From Malacoraja senta (Eukaryota), in NCBI GenBank assembly GCA_038087875.1, contig JAXLNO010002386.1:310001-362933 (forward strand): a stretch of DNA of 52,933 nucleotides, read 5' to 3'. Below, in pieces: positions 47,601-52,933 of this stretch (position 1 is its first letter; the number at the start of each line of letters is the position of its first letter). The notes under the pieces are model-generated. The model was given only the letters and a program-made list of their open reading frames with translations. It was not told the DNA's origin and did not search any database. The position numbers and the translations under genes are program-made.

Positions 47601-50510
47601 AGTTTCTTTAAAAACTCATGCATTATATTGGAATCAGTAGGAAAATCTGATTGGTATAGGGAGGTATAAAATTCCTGAAAGGATTTATTAATTTCATCAT
47701 GGTCTACAGTTACTGTACCATCCCGTTTACTCACTTTAGTAATCTGACTCTTGGCCGACACTGCTTTCAATTGATTAGCAAGTAATTTACCAGATTTTTG
47801 CCATTTATATAAAATTTACTTTTGGTTTTAAGTAACTGGTTCTCAATCGGTGATACTAATAACAAATCATATCTCAATTGAAGTTCAACTCTATTCTTAT
47901 AGAGCTCTAAACTAGGAGCTTTTGAATATTTTTTATCAATTTCTTTAATCTCGTCAGCCAATGTGTGTATTTCTTTTTGTGTTTGTTTTTTTAATCCCGC
48001 GGAGTATGAAATAATTTGTCCATGAATATATGCCTTAAAAGCATCCCAAACTATATCATTGGATATCTCTTCATTAGAGTTTGTCAAGAAGTAAAAAGCA
48101 ATCTGATCTTTCATAAACTTAATAAAGTTTAAGTCTTGAAGCAAAGTAGTATTAAATCGCCATTGTTTAGCACTAAACTTGGAATCAGGTAGTTTGATCA
48201 ATAGTTTCACTGGTGCATGATCAGAAATAGCAATTGTATCATACTCACATGCAATGACCGATGGAACTAGCCGAGAATCTAGTATAAAATAGTCGATCCT
48301 AGAATAACTATGATATACATGAGAGAAAAATGAAAATTCTTTGTCATTTGCGTGTAAGAATCTCCAAATTTCTAACATTCCCGAGTCAAGTAAAAAATAA
48401 TTAATAAAATTAGCTGATTTATTTGGAAGCACATGATCAGATGTAGATCTATCAATCGAGGGATTCAAACAGCAATTGAAGTCTCCACCCATTATTAAAA
48501 AGTGTTCATTTAAATTAGGAAAGGATGCAATTAACTGTTTAAAAAACTCAGGGTGATCAATATTTGGTGCATAGACATTCACCATAGCGACTTTTTGCCT
48601 ATAAAGGACACCGGTAATCACCAAGAATCTGCCATATGGATCAGAAATTGTTTCATGCTGAACAAACGGAATTGAGGGGTCGATAAAAATAGAGACTCCT
48701 TTCCCCTTAGCCTGTGAATTTGAATGAAACTGCTGTCCTCTCCAAAACTTGAAAAATCGTGACTTGTCATCTTGCCTTACATGAGTTTCCTGAACAAAGA
48801 TAATCTGAGCATTTAGTCTGTGAAGAACTTTTTTTTTTTAATCCTCTTAATGGGATGGTTCAAGCCATTCACATTCCATGAAAGGAACTTTATCCATATT
48901 GCTTGTAAAAATCATGTGGGATGTAATGGGTTAATTTCTTGAAGCCTAAAAGTTCATAATACTGGAAGAAGTAAAATCTAGGGCGGAGCCAGGTGACGAC
49001 ATTTCAGCCAATTTTGTAGTTCAGAATTTGCACAAATGGAGATCACTAAATAGGGAACAAAAGACCCCTCCCCCTCCCACCCCTGTAGAACCCCAAACTG
49101 ACCAAAAGACAGTCAGCAAACTACCTAATCCCCTCCATGATCCCATCTCTCCCAGTAACAGCGCTCAGCATAAAATGAATAATATTTAACCACTACGTCA
49201 TAGCACATTCGTTATTATCTCTTTGAGAGAGAAGAAAAAAAAATACAGACTGGCATGGAATGCTGCTTATTATTATCCAAGGTCAAGATATGAAAAACAA
49301 GAACTGCGTTCTCTTAGTTTGTCTAACGACAGGGGAACACGAATTAACAAAGAAATTCTTAAAAGAATATATATAAAAGAAAAACAACTCGTCCAGTTAA
49401 ATTCTTAATCATTACCAAACGAAATGTTGTCAAAATAGGAACAGTAAATCTCCAATTATAACTTAATCAGCTATCAATTACTCCCCTTCCTCGTCGTAGC
49501 TCTTCAGACGCAGCTGGAGGCGTCTTGAGGACTGTTAAAAAATCGAAAGTTACCATTGAAAAGCCGAATACGCAATCTAGCTGGTGACAATAAAGCTGGG
49601 CGCAGTTTTTCTGATATAAATCAGACATTACATTATAAAAAGTCTTTCTTATTTCCAAAAGCTCGTAACTATAATCAGGGACAAACCGAAACTTACATCC
49701 TTCATATTCAACCACACCAAACATTTTTGCTGCCTGGAGAATATTCTCCTTCATTTGAAAAAAATGAAACCGAATGATCAAGTGTCTCGGTTTATTACCG
49801 GATCTCTTCCCAATCCTGTGTGCGTTATCCATGAACGGAAGGTTTTCATTGTGCTCAATGTTGAATGTTTCCTTTATCATTTTAGAAGCATATTTTATAA
49901 CGTTATTTCCTTCTTGGCCTTCCGGCAAACCAACAATTCGTCAATTCAAACGATGGCTTCTGTTTTCTAAGTCCATATTTTTAGACTTGTATTGCTGAAG
50001 TGCTCGAGTGTTTTCATTCATTCGCCGTTCCAATTTTTCAATCTTCAAATCTCTCGCCTGTCCCAGGGTGCGCAAGATATCAATTTGATCATTTTGTTCA
50101 CGAAGTTCATCTTGTAACAAAGACAGTATTCCTTGGACTTCCTTCAATTTGGTCGAAACTCCTTTCACCATTTCTTCCAAACTGCCAAATCTTGTTTTCA
50201 TTTCATTTTTCAGCTCATTTTTCAATTCTTCGTTCATTTTCGATATTGCTTCTATGATGCTGGAATCAGAAGCTGCAGCTGTGGTTGTGGCTTTCCCCAG
50301 TTCCTTCTTTGGGGATCCTCCTTTCCTTCTTGTCTCCATCCTTTTCACGATTAAGGCGTGTAAAAGTGTTATCAACACTTTATGAACAGTTAGACGGTGT
50401 CTTAAAGTCAAATAGTCACCAGTAACATTGAAAGAGTGGTCAGTGGAAGTTAAAAATTAAGGGAGCAAACGAGTTTGCAACCTTACAGCATGCCGCCACT
50501 AGGAGAGTCT
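44653..50510 (-). mobile_element. Near full-length but frameshifted L1-clade LINE (about 5.9 kb)
   Basis: ORF1 coiled coil plus RRM pieces (49467-50411). ORF2 pieces: endonuclease GGDFN, RIDYF, SDH (47767-48900); RT GTRQGCPLSPLLF, YADD (46685-47086); C-terminal CDRC..HMFWSC (45274-45816). AATAAA and A-tail near 44660. Confidence 0.93.
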
Positions 50511-51680
50511 AGCTACTGACATGTTATTGATGTTCATGATTATTCTGTTCTTTGTGCCTGGCCATTTTGACTTTGTCACATTTTACTTGGTTTATGATAT
50601 TGTACAAGATTTGCAATCACACCTCCAAATTGACTAAAATTATCCCAATTAACTAAATGCCTACTATGGCATTTAAATTATTGCATTATATTCAGTGCAG
50701 GGTAGAAGCTGCAGTTTTTTTTAAAAGGGCAAGTTGTTATTACATACTATGTGGTGTGTGCCTGGAAAGCACTGCCAGGGATGGTGGCGTCTGGGGTGCA
50801 CCTTCGTGGGTGCATGGAGATGCAGGGGTTTGAGGGACATGAATCATTTGCAGGCAGATGCTGCCTAACTGGTGTCTGTCCGACTGATCTGGAGGGATCT
50901 GATGGTCAGGCAGGGAATATTTCCAGTGACCCAATGGTGCTGAGTTCGCTGAATTTTACGGTGAATGGGAATGCCCCTGTAATAGAGGAACAGGTCCTTT
51001 GTCCAACAATGTTTGTGCTGAACATGACGCAACCCGAGGCAGAGTGGCGCTGCTGATAGAGCTGCTGCCTCTGTGCGTCATAGACATCAGTTCAATCCTA
51101 ACCTCGCTTGTCGGCTGTGTGAAGTTTGCATGTATTCCCTATGACCGCATGGGTTTCCACTGTCCTCCAGTTTTCACACACATACTAAAGATGCCAGTTT
51201 TATGGGTTAATTGGTCTCTGTAATTTGACCCTAGTGTGGAAGCGAAAGTTAGATAACATAGAACTTGTGTGAACGAAACTATTTGAAGGAGTATTGAGTT
51301 TTATGTTTAGTTTAGAGAGAGAGCATTGGAACAGACACTTCGGCCCCACTGAGTCCGCACCAACCAACGATCACCCACATAAGCTAGGGACACAAGTCAA
51401 TTAACCTACAAACCTGCACATCTGTCTTTAGAATGTGGGAGGAAACTGGAGCATCTGGAGAAAACCTATGCAGTCACAGGGAGAAGGTACAAATTCCGTA
51501 CAGACATCACCCGTGGTCAGGATCAAACCCAGGTGTCTGGCGCTGTGCCTTTATATCTGGAAGGAAGATGTTATGTGGGATGAATCAACAGTTAAAGCGA
51601 ATAAACTAGTTGCATCTTTCTGAGTTCTGTTCTCTGCTATGCCATTTCTTTGTTGTCTAATATTTAATTTCCCTCCTCAG

Positions 51681-51721
51681 ATTATCAAAATATTCAACCA
51701 AAGCAGAACGTGCACTGCTAA
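51681..51721 (+). CDS. Probable terminal cytoplasmic exon of the class I-like gene, (D)YQNIQPKQNVHC-stop
   Basis: Strong acceptor tttaatttccctcctcAG, phase 1 continues from the TM exon, TAA at 51719-21, followed by ATTAAA (51755) and AATAAA (51774). Linkage across the 10.8-kb intron is inferred. Confidence 0.7.
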
Positions 51722-51773
51722 CCAATCGCTGAGTAGAATGATTTCATGGATGTGATTAAAATGCAGGAACTGA

Positions 51774-51779
51774 AATAAA
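51774..51779 (+). terminator. Candidate polyadenylation signal AATAAA of the class I-like gene
   Basis: AATAAA about 50 nt after the stop codon, with ATTAAA at 51755-60. Confidence 0.5.
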
Positions 51780-52697
51780 TGGAAAGAGTTAAATTAAGTT
51801 TATCAAACATGACAGAAATTCTGCCCTGCATTTGTCCAAATTAGAGCTATCTAGCAATTTATGTTGATAACAACTGATACGACTGAGGCCTCAACTCCTT
51901 TACTGTGCTTATTCCACATAAGACACAATTCCCTGGTCTTTTAGAATATATCCACGCATTATCCATCAATTCACCACCACATCATGCCTCTTTAATACAT
52001 TCATAAGGTTAACTCTGTTTCTTGTCATCTCCAAGGGACACAGAACCAGTGATTTCAGCCATTCATGGTTAGGCAACACTTGCTTATTCCAGAAATCTCT
52101 TCTAGCTGATATCAAATATTAATATATCCTTTCTTAAATTTGAGGACCAAGCTGTGCACAGTGCTCCTGATTTGTCCTTAGCAACATCATGTACCATAAT
52201 TACAATAGTAACCTACTTTGAACGCCAATATGCTACTCACCTTCTGCGTTGTGTGCTGCATCTACCTGCTGGCTTTTTGTTTTGCACTTTAAGCACTTGA
52301 ATCTTTTGTACTCCACTCATTTGCTATCTCACTCCATTTAGATAATACCTTCTTTTAATTGCTCTTACCAGAGTGTGTGAGCACATATTTTCCATCATTA
52401 AACTCCATTTGCCATGTTTATGTTCATCTAACAAAGAGTCATGGAGCCATATAGCATGGAAGTAGGTACTTCAGCCTAACGCTCCAAGCTGAACAAGATG
52501 GTACATCTAGGTTAGTCACATTTGCCAGCGTTTGGCCCACTTTCCTCTCAACATGTTCTATCCATGTACCTGTCCAAGTGTCTTTTCAATGTTGTTATTC
52601 TGCCTTCGCTGGCAGCTCATTCCATACACCCAGTAACCTCTTAGTAGGAAAGGTTGCCTCTCAGGTTCCTACTAAATCTTCCTCCTCACCTTAAACC

Positions 52698-52933
52698 CAG
52701 GGGTGCAGTGCTGCCAGAGCTCACCCGAGCACCGATCCGGCACCTCTGTTAAAGAAAAAATAAACAGCGTGGAATTTTAACTAGCAGATGTGTGGTCGGG
52801 GTAACCTGATTAAAAGAGGGGTAAGGGGAAGACCCATCACTACTGAGGTTCCCTGTAGGAGGAGGGGAACACTATGATGCAGCAGAGTCAGACCATGTGA
52901 TGTGTGCATCGTTTGTGGTTGTGGGCCTGGAGC
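52698..52933 (+). mobile_element. Left part of a non-autonomous hAT-like element related to 19768-21030
   Basis: Starts CAGGGGTG. 52765-52933 aligns with 19983-20480 but has one minisatellite unit. Confidence 0.6.

Overview
Vertebrate genomic DNA, most likely from a cartilaginous fish (skate/ray-like). This is inferred from the HE1-type V-SINEs and from the CR1, Rex1, L1 and Penelope families present. One host gene is visible: a + strand MHC class I-like alpha chain split over about 39.5 kb into five exons joined by phase-1 GT-AG introns. The exons are alpha1 12179-12439, alpha2 26405-26680, alpha3 33993-34259, TM 40764-40871 and a probable cytoplasmic/stop exon 51681-51721. They splice into a stop-free 317-aa mature protein. 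The leader exon was not found. The protein looks nonclassical: 6 of 9 canonical peptide-anchor residues are kept, the groove is hydrophobic, and the tail RKKRRDYQNIQP closely resembles the human CD1b tail RRRSYQNIP. Most of the rest is transposable-element sequence. It includes a young CR1 with intact ORF2 and an esterase ORF1, a decayed full-length L1, a Charlie hAT with nested insertions, a solo LTR, many SINEs, and many Penelope pseudo-LTRs with minimal hammerhead ribozymes that recur as palindromes and tandem arrays. One L1 fragment has a 163-bp target-site duplication. Repeat boundaries are approximate unless a TSD or TIR is cited.
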